A program made the position numbers and the translations under genes. Below, piece after piece: positions 25,739 to 32,438 of a stretch of DNA of 32,438 bases. The notes beneath the pieces were generated by a model. It was not told the DNA's origin and did not search any database. It saw only the letters and a program-made list of their open reading frames with translations. Every line of letters begins with the position of its first letter. The stretch's first letter is position 1. This DNA comes from a virus (taxonomy: Duplodnaviria > Caudoviricetes), in the IMG/VR virus record IMGVR_UViG_3300030376_000956, positions 1 through 32,438 of that record; one strand, given 5' to 3'.

Positions 25739-26132
25739 AAAGGTTAGTAGGAAATCATTAATAAAAAAACTAGATACTTTATTTAGCTTATATATTAGGC
25801 TAAAATCAGCAAATAAAAATGGTTTTATTAAATGCTATACTTGTGGAGTTAAAAAACACTATAAGGATTATATGCAATGTGGACATTTTATTTCTAGGAG
25901 GCATTATATTTTAAGATGGTCAGAAAGAAATGCCAGACCTCAATGCTATGGGTGTAATGTGATGGCACAAGGTCGCCAATATCAATTTGCCATAAACCTC
26001 AATAAAGAGTATGGGTACGATATAGCACAAGAATTACTAGATCAAAGTAGAGGAACTGCTAAGTTTTCAAACGATGATTTACTTTCGTTGATAAATAGAT
26101 ATAAAAATTTTACAGACTTAATGGATAAATAA
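25731..26132 (+). CDS. ninG: NinG/Rap-like HNH-type endonuclease
   Basis: LDTLFSLYIRL, CYTCG, QCGHFISR, RW...NARPQCYGCN. Confidence 0.9.
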   Translation: MPKKVSRKSLIKKLDTLFSLYIRLKSANKNGFIKCYTCGVKKHYKDYMQCGHFISRRHYILRWSERNARPQCYGCNVMAQGRQYQFAINLNKEYGYDIAQELLDQSRGTAKFSNDDLLSLINRYKNFTDLMDK

Positions 26133-26169
26133 TTAACTTTGATTAGTTCTGTTCATTTTGTCTTTGGGG

Positions 26170-26202
26170 AAAAGGGGTTAATTTAGGTTAATCCTTTTTT
26201 TT
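26170..26202 (+). terminator. Intrinsic terminator
   Basis: AAAGGGGTTAA/TTAATCCTTT stem followed by a T tract. Confidence 0.8.
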
Positions 26203-26211
26203 GCTTTAATT

Positions 26212-26243
26212 CTTGTTTATTAAATAAAAGTTTCATAACTTAG
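26212..26243 (+). promoter_or_regulatory. Bacteroidota-type early promoter (variant)
   Basis: CTTG, 20-nt spacer, TAACTTAG; follows a terminator and precedes the recombination operon. Confidence 0.6.
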
Positions 26244-26270
26244 CCTCATTGTTTAACCAATTTTTTAAAA

Positions 26271-26456
26271 ATGACAGATACTATTATAGTTGAGGAACTT
26301 AAAACCGAATCACAAAAAGAGCTTGAAAAGACTATTGAATCTTGTGAATGGGATATTAAATATCACACAGAAGAAAGAGATAGACATAATAGAGCTTTAG
26401 ATATTAGGAGGAGAGCTTTAGATAATTTAAAAGCTGAGTATGAATCCAAATATTAG
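26271..26456 (+). CDS. Hypothetical coiled-coil protein
   Basis: 61-aa ORF. Confidence 0.7.
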   Translation: MTDTIIVEELKTESQKELEKTIESCEWDIKYHTEERDRHNRALDIRRRALDNLKAEYESKY

Positions 26457-26601
26457 ACATAACTATAACAACCTTATGGTAGGGTACTATAGGGATCGTA
26501 TAGATGCTTTAATTAGAAAAATAGAGCAACTAGAAAATATGTTAGAGTTTAAACAAATTCAAATAGAAAAATTAGAAGATGAAAAAAGAACTATCACTTA
26601 A
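26440..26601 (+). CDS. Hypothetical coiled-coil protein (53 aa)
   Basis: MNPNIRHNYNNLMVGYYRDRIDALIRKIEQLENMLEFKQIQIEKLEDEKRTIT*; fills the gap before erf. Confidence 0.65.
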   Translation: MNPNIRHNYNNLMVGYYRDRIDALIRKIEQLENMLEFKQIQIEKLEDEKRTIT

Positions 26602-27130
26602 TGAAAAATTAGCTAAGGTTCAAACTGAACTAAAAGCTAAAAAAACCAAGTTTAATAAATTTGGTAGGTATTATTATAGGACTGCTGAAGATATATTAGA
26701 AGCAGTAAAGCCTTTTCTAATGCCATTGAAATTATCAATTAGAATTAAAGAAGAACTAATTGATACATCTACTATAAAATCAACAGCAATTATTACTGAT
26801 GGTTTAAGTAGGTATAAAGCAAGTGCTATAGTAGCAGTTGATCTAAACCAGAAAGGTATGCAAATGCCTCAAAGATTTGGAACAGCTAGTAGCTATGGTA
26901 AAAAATATGCTTTAGGAAATCTGTTTTTAATAGATGATACTCAGGATGCAGATGCCATTAATGACCATAAGGTAAAACCTAAGCTCACTAAAGGAACTAA
27001 AGACTGGTACGATGTACTTAAAGTATTAGAGGCAGGTAAAGACTGGGATTATATAGAGAAATCTTACTCAGTATCAAAAGATCAAAAAGATCAATTAGTA
27101 AAATTAACACAAAAATCATTTAAAAATTAA
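26579..27130 (+). CDS. erf: ERF-family single-strand annealing protein
   Basis: FNKFGRYYYRTAEDILEAVKP and GTASSYGKKYALGNLFLIDD...DAD. Confidence 0.92.
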   Translation: MKKELSLNEKLAKVQTELKAKKTKFNKFGRYYYRTAEDILEAVKPFLMPLKLSIRIKEELIDTSTIKSTAIITDGLSRYKASAIVAVDLNQKGMQMPQRFGTASSYGKKYALGNLFLIDDTQDADAINDHKVKPKLTKGTKDWYDVLKVLEAGKDWDYIEKSYSVSKDQKDQLVKLTQKSFKN

Positions 27131-27134
27131 AATT

Positions 27135-27449
27135 ATGAGTTTATTAATTAATGCGTTTATTAGGGTAGATAAGCTACCAAAAGAAAAATTTGTAAAAGGT
27201 AAAGATGGATCAGTTTATTATAACTTAACTGTTTCTGTAAACGACCAGTCAAGATTTGGTAATAATGTTTGGGTTTATGATTCTCAGTCTAAAGAAGAAA
27301 GAGAAGCTAAAAAACAAAAACACTCACTAGGAAATGGCAAAGTTGTCTGGACTGATGGAAATGTGGCTCTTGCTGAAAAGGAAGAAAACACAGACCATAT
27401 CATAGCAGGAACAGAAGATGCTTACAAAAAAGAAGATTTACCATTTTAA
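27135..27449 (+). CDS. Putative single-stranded DNA-binding protein
   Basis: OB-like beta pattern, acidic tail ending EDLPF; follows erf. Confidence 0.75.
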   Translation: MSLLINAFIRVDKLPKEKFVKGKDGSVYYNLTVSVNDQSRFGNNVWVYDSQSKEEREAKKQKHSLGNGKVVWTDGNVALAEKEENTDHIIAGTEDAYKKEDLPF

Positions 27450-27454
27450 CAAAT

Positions 27455-27485
27455 AGGGGGGATTAATTTCTCCCCTTTTTTTTTT
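27455..27485 (+). terminator. Intrinsic terminator
   Basis: AGGGGGGA/TCTCCCCT stem followed by a long T tract. Confidence 0.85.
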
Positions 27486-27496
27486 ATCTTTATTAA

Positions 27497-28336
27497 ATGA
27501 CAAACAAACCCTCAGACTTATTTTACAATATTAATAAAATGGAACAGATCGAAAAAGACTGTTTCATAAATACAACCAAAGAATTATCTTACCCTCCAGT
27601 CGCAATTTCACTAGGAGAAAAATTATTAAAGTCAAGACAGGGAGATCAACTCGTTCCAATTCCAATAGGAACTTATGGTTCTTTTTCATTTATTCAAGCA
27701 GCTCCTAAAACTAAAAAAACTTTTTTTGTATCTTTGTTGGCAAGTGTATATCTATCAGGTAGAAATAACTTTGGTGGAGACATAAGAGGACATAGAAATG
27801 GAAGATGTTTATTACACTTTGATACAGAACAAGGCAAGTGGCATTGTCAAAGAGTGTTTAAAAGAGTATTAGATATGAATAGAGAGTATGAGCAGGGATG
27901 CTATCATACTTATAGTCTAAGAACACTTGCTCCCAGAACAAGAATAGAATTTATAGAACACAGCCTAAAGACAAAGAAGAATATAGGATGCTGTATTATT
28001 GATGGAATAGCTGATCTCTGTAATGATGTAAATAATATAGAGGAGGCTAATGCAGTTATTCAGAAGTTAATGGAATGGACTGAAAATTATAATATACATA
28101 TAATTACAGTTATTCATAGTAACTTTGGATCAAGCAAACCAACAGGACATTTAGGAAGTTTCCTAGAAAAGAAAACCGAAACACAAATTGAACTAGATCA
28201 AAACAGCGTACATAAAGAACGAATTACAGTAAGATGTAAAAGAAGTAGAGGCTATGGTTTTGAGACATTTAGCTTTGAAGTAAATGAGATAGGACTACCA
28301 ACTATTGTAGGGGATTTATACGATCCTTTAGGATAA
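27497..28336 (+). CDS. RecA-fold ATPase / helicase (AAA_25, RepA/DnaB-like)
   Basis: Variant Walker A AAPKTKKT, FDTEQ, Walker B CIIDGIAD, VIH, GHLGS. Confidence 0.8.
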   Translation: MTNKPSDLFYNINKMEQIEKDCFINTTKELSYPPVAISLGEKLLKSRQGDQLVPIPIGTYGSFSFIQAAPKTKKTFFVSLLASVYLSGRNNFGGDIRGHRNGRCLLHFDTEQGKWHCQRVFKRVLDMNREYEQGCYHTYSLRTLAPRTRIEFIEHSLKTKKNIGCCIIDGIADLCNDVNNIEEANAVIQKLMEWTENYNIHIITVIHSNFGSSKPTGHLGSFLEKKTETQIELDQNSVHKERITVRCKRSRGYGFETFSFEVNEIGLPTIVGDLYDPLG

Positions 28337-28345
28337 TGAAAAGTT

Positions 28346-28819
28346 ATGGTAGAAAAAACAATGAGGTTGTTATTCAAAAAGAATAAGGACTGGGTAGATA
28401 TTTGTATGTCTTTTGGTTTAGACTTTGAGACAAGTCGTGATCTGGTACAGGAAATGTATATTAAGATGCAGCTTAAACTAGAAAAAGGCTTAGATATTTC
28501 TTATGGAGAGGATGATATTAATTATTACTATATATTTAATTGCCTTAGATGGATGTTTATAGACTTAAAGAAAGGCAAAAAGATACATAAAGTAGGAACA
28601 GAAAAGTTAAGAGCCTATACTAATGATATTGACTATATGGCTAAATATAAACTAATCCAAGATGATTTAGATAAAATGTACTGGTATGACAAAAAAGTAT
28701 TTCTTATGATAAATGCAGGAGAATCAATAGCAAGTCTAGCAAGGAAAACAGGAATACCATACTACTCACTTTATAATACTTATAACAGAGTTAAAGATAG
28801 ATTAAAAAAATTATTATGA
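28346..28819 (+). CDS. ECF-like RNA polymerase sigma factor
   Basis: Region 2-like SRDLVQEMYIK...YIFNCLRWMFID; region 4 HTH SIASLARKTGIPYYSLYNTYNRVKDRLK. Confidence 0.85.
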   Translation: MVEKTMRLLFKKNKDWVDICMSFGLDFETSRDLVQEMYIKMQLKLEKGLDISYGEDDINYYYIFNCLRWMFIDLKKGKKIHKVGTEKLRAYTNDIDYMAKYKLIQDDLDKMYWYDKKVFLMINAGESIASLARKTGIPYYSLYNTYNRVKDRLKKLL

Positions 28820-28974
28820 AATTAGGAAACTTAGTAGAGAAAATAATAAACATAATTACAGTAGGTCAAGGCAAAAGATTAGCTACTTGGGTAGCAAAGA
28901 AAATGGGATATGAAAAATGCGACTGTGATAAAAGAAAGCAATCTCTAAATAAAATCAAAATTAAAAGATGGTAA
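28816..28974 (+). CDS. Small CxC protein (52 aa)
   Basis: MKLGNLVEKIINIITVGQGKRLATWVAKKMGYEKCDCDKRKQSLNKIKIKRW*; ATGA-coupled to the sigma gene. Confidence 0.7.
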   Translation: MKLGNLVEKIINIITVGQGKRLATWVAKKMGYEKCDCDKRKQSLNKIKIKRW

Positions 28975-29180
28975 AATTTGAAAAAGATGACTTTAAAAAA
29001 TGGACTAAATTTAGAATGGGTAAAAAATCATACCTATCAAGAAAAGAGTTTGAAATGGTATCGTACTTCCACAGCAAGTATAAAAAGCACTCGTATTATT
29101 TACCTTGCACCTGCTCCCCCAAAACAATAAAACAATGGATAGTAGATTTGAATAAAATCTGGGAGAATGGGGATAGCTAA
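28968..29180 (+). CDS. Small His/CxC protein
   Basis: 70 aa; HSKYKKH...PCTCSP. Confidence 0.7.
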   Translation: MVKFEKDDFKKWTKFRMGKKSYLSRKEFEMVSYFHSKYKKHSYYLPCTCSPKTIKQWIVDLNKIWENGDS

Positions 29181-29583
29181 AATACACAAATGGGAACAAG
29201 CTGTAGTAATGATATTAAACCTAGATGGTTGGGATTTAGAATGGACTGGAGAAAAGTTTAAGTCTTATGATGCTAAAGGCAAAACTCCTAAAGGGCGTGA
29301 GTGTGTTATTGAAATGAAATTTAGAGATAAGTATTATGAAGAAAAAATGCTAGAGAAATCTAAATATGATGCTCTTATGAAACTCCCTGAAGATGTAGTC
29401 AAGTTATATTTCGTAAATGATCCAAAAGGAAACTTTATGTATTGGCTAAACAACTTAAAAATGCCACAGCTAATAAAACTCTATTGTCCTGATACTTCAT
29501 TTTGGACTAAAAAAAGACTTAAAAAAGAAGTCTATCTTCTCAAAGAAAACGAGGCAAGTAGAATTAATTTGAATAGTTATTAA
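29167..29583 (+). CDS. PD-(D/E)XK-family nuclease-like protein
   Basis: E...YDA...VIEMKFR catalytic-type pattern. Confidence 0.7.
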   Translation: MGIAKIHKWEQAVVMILNLDGWDLEWTGEKFKSYDAKGKTPKGRECVIEMKFRDKYYEEKMLEKSKYDALMKLPEDVVKLYFVNDPKGNFMYWLNNLKMPQLIKLYCPDTSFWTKKRLKKEVYLLKENEASRINLNSY

Positions 29584-29614
29584 ATCTTTGTTAATAATTT
29601 CGTATATTGCATAT

Positions 29615-29743
29615 ATGAAAAAGAGGCAATACAGGTCAAGGCAAGGGAGGTCTGACCTTAAATATAAAGAAACAATGAAAGTAACATTAATCTCTATTAT
29701 TGGATTAATAGTAGTTTTCATATATATACTTATTACAAAATGA
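29615..29743 (+). CDS. Small membrane protein (42 aa)
   Basis: MKKRQYRSRQGRSDLKYKETMKVTLISIIGLIVVFIYILITK*; preceded by a TATATTGC -7-like box; ATGA coupling. Confidence 0.7.
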   Translation: MKKRQYRSRQGRSDLKYKETMKVTLISIIGLIVVFIYILITK

Positions 29744-30453
29744 TATTACTTGTAGATGCAGATAGCTTAATCTTTGCTAGTTGCTATAGAACTAGACATA
29801 ATGGGGAGGAGCTTGAAGATAAATATTATAGAGATATTAAAGATGCTGCAAATAAATTTGATGAGCAGTTTATGAAAATAATTAACGATATAGATGAGGT
29901 GTATGATGTGAAGAATGTAATTACTTTTAATGGCAGCAAAGGAAACTTCAGAAAAAAAATCACACCCAAATATAAAGCCAATAGAAAAAAGCAGGAGCTT
30001 CCTCCACTATTACACCAAATGCACGAGTATGTTAAAAAGAATTATAATAGTGTGTATGGATATGGACTTGAAACTGATGATCTGGTCGCAAAACATTGGA
30101 GGGAAATAAACGACAATGCAGGAAAAGACCAAGCCTTAATAGTAGCAATAGACAAAGACTATAAACAATTTCCTTGCTTGATGTGGAATTATCATAAAAA
30201 AGAAGTATTAGACATTACTCAAGAGGAGGCTCTTTATAACTTCTATGAGCAAATGATAGCAGGGGATAGTGCAGACAATGTAAATTACTTTAAAGGCAAA
30301 GGAAAGAAGTTTGCTGAAAAATACTATAAAGGATGCAGAACAAAATACCAGTACACTAAAAAACTATACGAACTATTTAAAAAAGAATACAAAGGCAAGG
30401 CAAGACAGAGATATGTAGAATGTTATAACCTATTAAAATTACGAGATGAATAA
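29740..30453 (+). CDS. 5'-3' exonuclease (T7 gp6 / T5-FEN / phage RNase H-like)
   Basis: LLVDADSL, NFRK...YKANRK, ETDD, IDKDYKQ, GDSADNV...G.G motifs. Confidence 0.92.
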   Translation: MILLVDADSLIFASCYRTRHNGEELEDKYYRDIKDAANKFDEQFMKIINDIDEVYDVKNVITFNGSKGNFRKKITPKYKANRKKQELPPLLHQMHEYVKKNYNSVYGYGLETDDLVAKHWREINDNAGKDQALIVAIDKDYKQFPCLMWNYHKKEVLDITQEEALYNFYEQMIAGDSADNVNYFKGKGKKFAEKYYKGCRTKYQYTKKLYELFKKEYKGKARQRYVECYNLLKLRDE

Positions 30454-30904
30454 TTTAAAACCAATAGAAATTGCCAATAAGATAAAAGAATTATCAGGCG
30501 TAAATATATTTACTAATAAAAGAAAAAGAAAGTTAGTAGAGATGAGAGCTTTACTTATATATATCCTAAGAGATAAATTAGGAATGAGATGGGTAAGTAT
30601 TGCTCTTTTTTTTAAGAACCAAAACAAGCCAGTAAATCACGCTACACTAATACACAGCAGAAAAAACTTTGAAGTATATAAAAAGCATAATAAACAAATA
30701 CAAGAGATACTAAATATCTTCTCTTTCAAAAGTGATCTAGGAATAGATGAAATAGATAGAATCCATTACTTAGAAAATAAATGCAGCACCCTCCAAAAAA
30801 AGTTAGATAAACCTTTAGTTAAAAAAATAATTGAAGATGAAGAAATATACAATAATCTTGAAAGAGTTATTAAGAGTTGGGAGTGGAAAGAAAAGGTTTT
30901 ATAA
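30446..30904 (+). CDS. Stand-alone DnaA C-terminal (domain IV)-like DNA-binding protein
   Basis: RKRKLVEMRALLIYILR...SIALFF...NHATLIH resembles DnaA R.R..V..RQ..MYL.R...IG..F..RDHTTV.H. Confidence 0.75.
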   Translation: MNNLKPIEIANKIKELSGVNIFTNKRKRKLVEMRALLIYILRDKLGMRWVSIALFFKNQNKPVNHATLIHSRKNFEVYKKHNKQIQEILNIFSFKSDLGIDEIDRIHYLENKCSTLQKKLDKPLVKKIIEDEEIYNNLERVIKSWEWKEKVL

Positions 30905-30924
30905 TAATAACATAAATAAACAAA

Positions 30925-31647
30925 ATGGAAGATTTAAAAGTAAAAAAAACAAAGAAGTACAATATATTTAAGTATATATTAGGAAACCGACCTATTAATG
31001 AAAACAACAAAAAAAGACTTGAAGTATCTATTGATAAAATAGGACAGCAAATGCCTTTGTTGGTAGCAGAAAAAGATTCTTTAGACAATAAATATCCTAT
31101 AATAGATGGGCAGCATAGACTAGAGGCACTAAAAACATTAAACATTTCTGTAGATTTTATTGTATCAAGAAAAACAAATCAAAATTATATAGATGAACTC
31201 CAAGTAAGTAAACAATGGACTGCATTAGATTTCTGTAAAAGAAATGCTGCTCTTGGTTGTAGCACCTGTAAAAAAGCATTAAAAATTGCTTATGAATGGA
31301 ATATTGAAACAAACAATAAATTTACAACTTTGAATGTTATAGATTTATTAAATAAAAATATTGGAGGATCAAAATTAAGTCTAAAAAATCATAACTACCA
31401 GATAAATTTAGATACAGCTTCCAGAGTATATAATGTTTGTTCTATTTTTAAAAAATATCCTAATCAATTTGGCAATGTTTATGCAGCTAGACTTATAGAT
31501 TCTTTAAAAAAATTAGATATTAAAACAGGAGGACTAAATTTAAAAATTATAGAAAAAATTGCAAAAAAACATTACTTGAATTATTATCAAAGTAAAAACG
31601 ACCAATACCAATATATGCTTGATCTTTACACAAAATATAATAAATAG
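30925..31647 (+). CDS. ParB/Srx-like (DGQHR) protein
   Basis: NRPIN and IIDGQHRLEAL motifs. Confidence 0.8.
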   Translation: MEDLKVKKTKKYNIFKYILGNRPINENNKKRLEVSIDKIGQQMPLLVAEKDSLDNKYPIIDGQHRLEALKTLNISVDFIVSRKTNQNYIDELQVSKQWTALDFCKRNAALGCSTCKKALKIAYEWNIETNNKFTTLNVIDLLNKNIGGSKLSLKNHNYQINLDTASRVYNVCSIFKKYPNQFGNVYAARLIDSLKKLDIKTGGLNLKIIEKIAKKHYLNYYQSKNDQYQYMLDLYTKYNK

Positions 31648-31649
31648 AT

Positions 31650-32033
31650 TTGGAAACTAACAAAGATAAAAGAAAACAAATACCTATATATACAGGACTA
31701 ATAAAATACTTTCCTAAAGCTCTAGCTGAGGTTGCTAAAGTATCGTATGCAGGAAATCAGCAGCATCATCCTGATAAACCTCTACATTGGGATCGTAATA
31801 AAAGCACAGATGAATTAGATGCACTTACAAGGCATTTATTTGAAGCAGGTAAAATAGATACTGATGGTCAGCTTCACTCAGCAAAGATAGCTTGGAGGGC
31901 ATTGGCTAACTTAGAAAAAGAACTAGAAAATAGTAGAGATGAGAAATGGTACAAGGATCAATATAATAGAAATAGAGAAATTAAAGACCAAGTAGGATAT
32001 GATGAACAGTTTGGAGATTATATAAAACAATAA
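31650..32033 (+). CDS. DUF5664 (dATP/dGTP diphosphohydrolase-like) protein
   Basis: P.ALAEVAKVS..G...W...DALTRHL...D.DGQLHSAKIAWRALA pattern; TTG start. Confidence 0.75.
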   Translation: METNKDKRKQIPIYTGLIKYFPKALAEVAKVSYAGNQQHHPDKPLHWDRNKSTDELDALTRHLFEAGKIDTDGQLHSAKIAWRALANLEKELENSRDEKWYKDQYNRNREIKDQVGYDEQFGDYIKQ

Positions 32034-32048
32034 ATTTTTTTCGTTATA
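32023..32048 (+). promoter_or_regulatory. Putative phage late promoter (TAAAAC-N12-TCGTTATA) for the terminase operon
   Basis: Same motif and spacing as the other five copies. Confidence 0.75.
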
Positions 32049-32076
32049 TAATTGATTAAACAATATTTTTTCAATA

Positions 32077-32208
32077 ATGCACCAAATAATAGGAGACTTA
32101 GAAATAGTACTAGAAGCTATAGAAAATGGCGACAATGATGATGCTGCTTATATGTTAAAAGAAATAAAACAAGAATTAGAATATAAAGCTATAATATATG
32201 GATGGTAG
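32077..32208 (+). CDS. Small acidic helical protein (43 aa)
   Basis: MHQIIGDLEIVLEAIENGDNDDAAYMLKEIKQELEYKAIIYGW*. Confidence 0.6.
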   Translation: MHQIIGDLEIVLEAIENGDNDDAAYMLKEIKQELEYKAIIYGW

Positions 32209-32438
32209 AAAAAAAAATGGAGGAGTAAGGACAGGAGCAGGGAGACCCAAAAAGGTAGATGAGGAAAAGCTAATAGAAAAGCTAGATAGTATTATCAGTA
32301 ATGATGATGTTATTAAGAAGTTAGGAGAAATGATTTTAAAGGGAGATGGTAGAGCTATGAATTTATACTTTGGTTATCGTTATGGTAAGCCTAAAGAATC
32401 AGTAGATATTAATTCTAGTGAGGGCTTTAATATCAATT
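32198..32438 (+). CDS. terS: Terminase small subunit (88 aa when joined across the circular junction to the stop at 112)
   Basis: MDGRKKNGGVRTGAGRPKK N-terminus and YGKPKESVD; directly upstream of terL on the circle. Confidence 0.8.
   Translation, partial: MDGRKKNGGVRTGAGRPKKVDEEKLIEKLDSIISNDDVIKKLGEMILKGDGRAMNLYFGYRYGKPKESVDINSSEGFNIN
32353..32438. repeat. Terminal direct repeat, right copy
   Basis: 85/86 identical to 1-86. Confidence 0.97.

Larger units (their letters stand above)
1..32438 (+). mobile_element. Complete tailed bacteriophage genome (siphovirus-like), probable Bacteroidota host
   Basis: Terminase, portal, capsid, tail, lysis and recombination genes are all present; the ends overlap by 86 bp and one ORF runs across the junction; Bacteroidota-type promoters; no sheath gene recognised. 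Confidence 0.95.

Noticed and set aside
27690-27725. Inactive ATPase because Walker A lacks glycines (AAPKTKKT)
   Set aside because: The catalytic KT, Walker B and downstream motifs are intact, and xKxKKT-type variants occur in this ATPase group
30925-31647. Dnd phosphorothioation (DndB) or plasmid-prophage partition system
   Set aside because: The DGQHR motif stands alone, with no dnd genes or ParA partner
345-32135. All minus-strand ORFs in the track (e.g. 345-698, 2614-2925, 9539-9979, 9980-10330, 12733-13026, 13623-13910, 22617-22868, 30870-31145)
   Set aside because: They are antisense shadows of well-supported + strand genes, Ser/Phe/Leu-biased, without motifs
1-32438. Stop-codon reassignment or suppressor tRNA
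   Set aside because: Genes are intact and densely packed under the standard bacterial code, and TAA, TAG and TGA all terminate genes

Overview
The window is an apparently complete, circularly permuted genome of a tailed phage. It is about 32,352 bp after collapsing an 86-bp end overlap, AT-rich, with all credible genes on the + strand. A Bacteroidota (probably Flavobacteriia) host is inferred from TTTG-N20-TAnnTTTG promoters, no obvious Shine-Dalgarno sites and signal peptides ending before Gln. Gene order: terminase; an early island with an initiator-like tRNA-Met and a D-armless tRNA-like RNA; tail chaperone with a -1 frameshift; tail genes interrupted by a cell-envelope cassette (outer-membrane beta-barrel, non-catalytic thioredoxin fold, YfiM/VanZ-like and coiled-coil membrane proteins); tape measure; XkdF-like prohead protease; two proteins with a shared KVEL leader; scaffold; capsid; major tail; portal with a C-terminal extension; adaptor; a 1727-aa repetitive tail fibre; M15 endolysin and holin; then early genes (NinG, ERF, SSB, helicase-like ATPase, ECF-like sigma factor, PD-(D/E)XK nuclease, 5'-3' exonuclease, stand-alone DnaA domain IV, ParB-like, DUF5664). 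I recognised no integrase, repressor, DNA polymerase or primase. The best novelty candidates are a putative capsid-cargo array with a shared leader, a phage sigma factor with a repeated AAA-N-TCGTTATA late promoter, the late envelope cassette and several structured non-coding RNAs. All family calls come from motif recognition by eye, not database searches.
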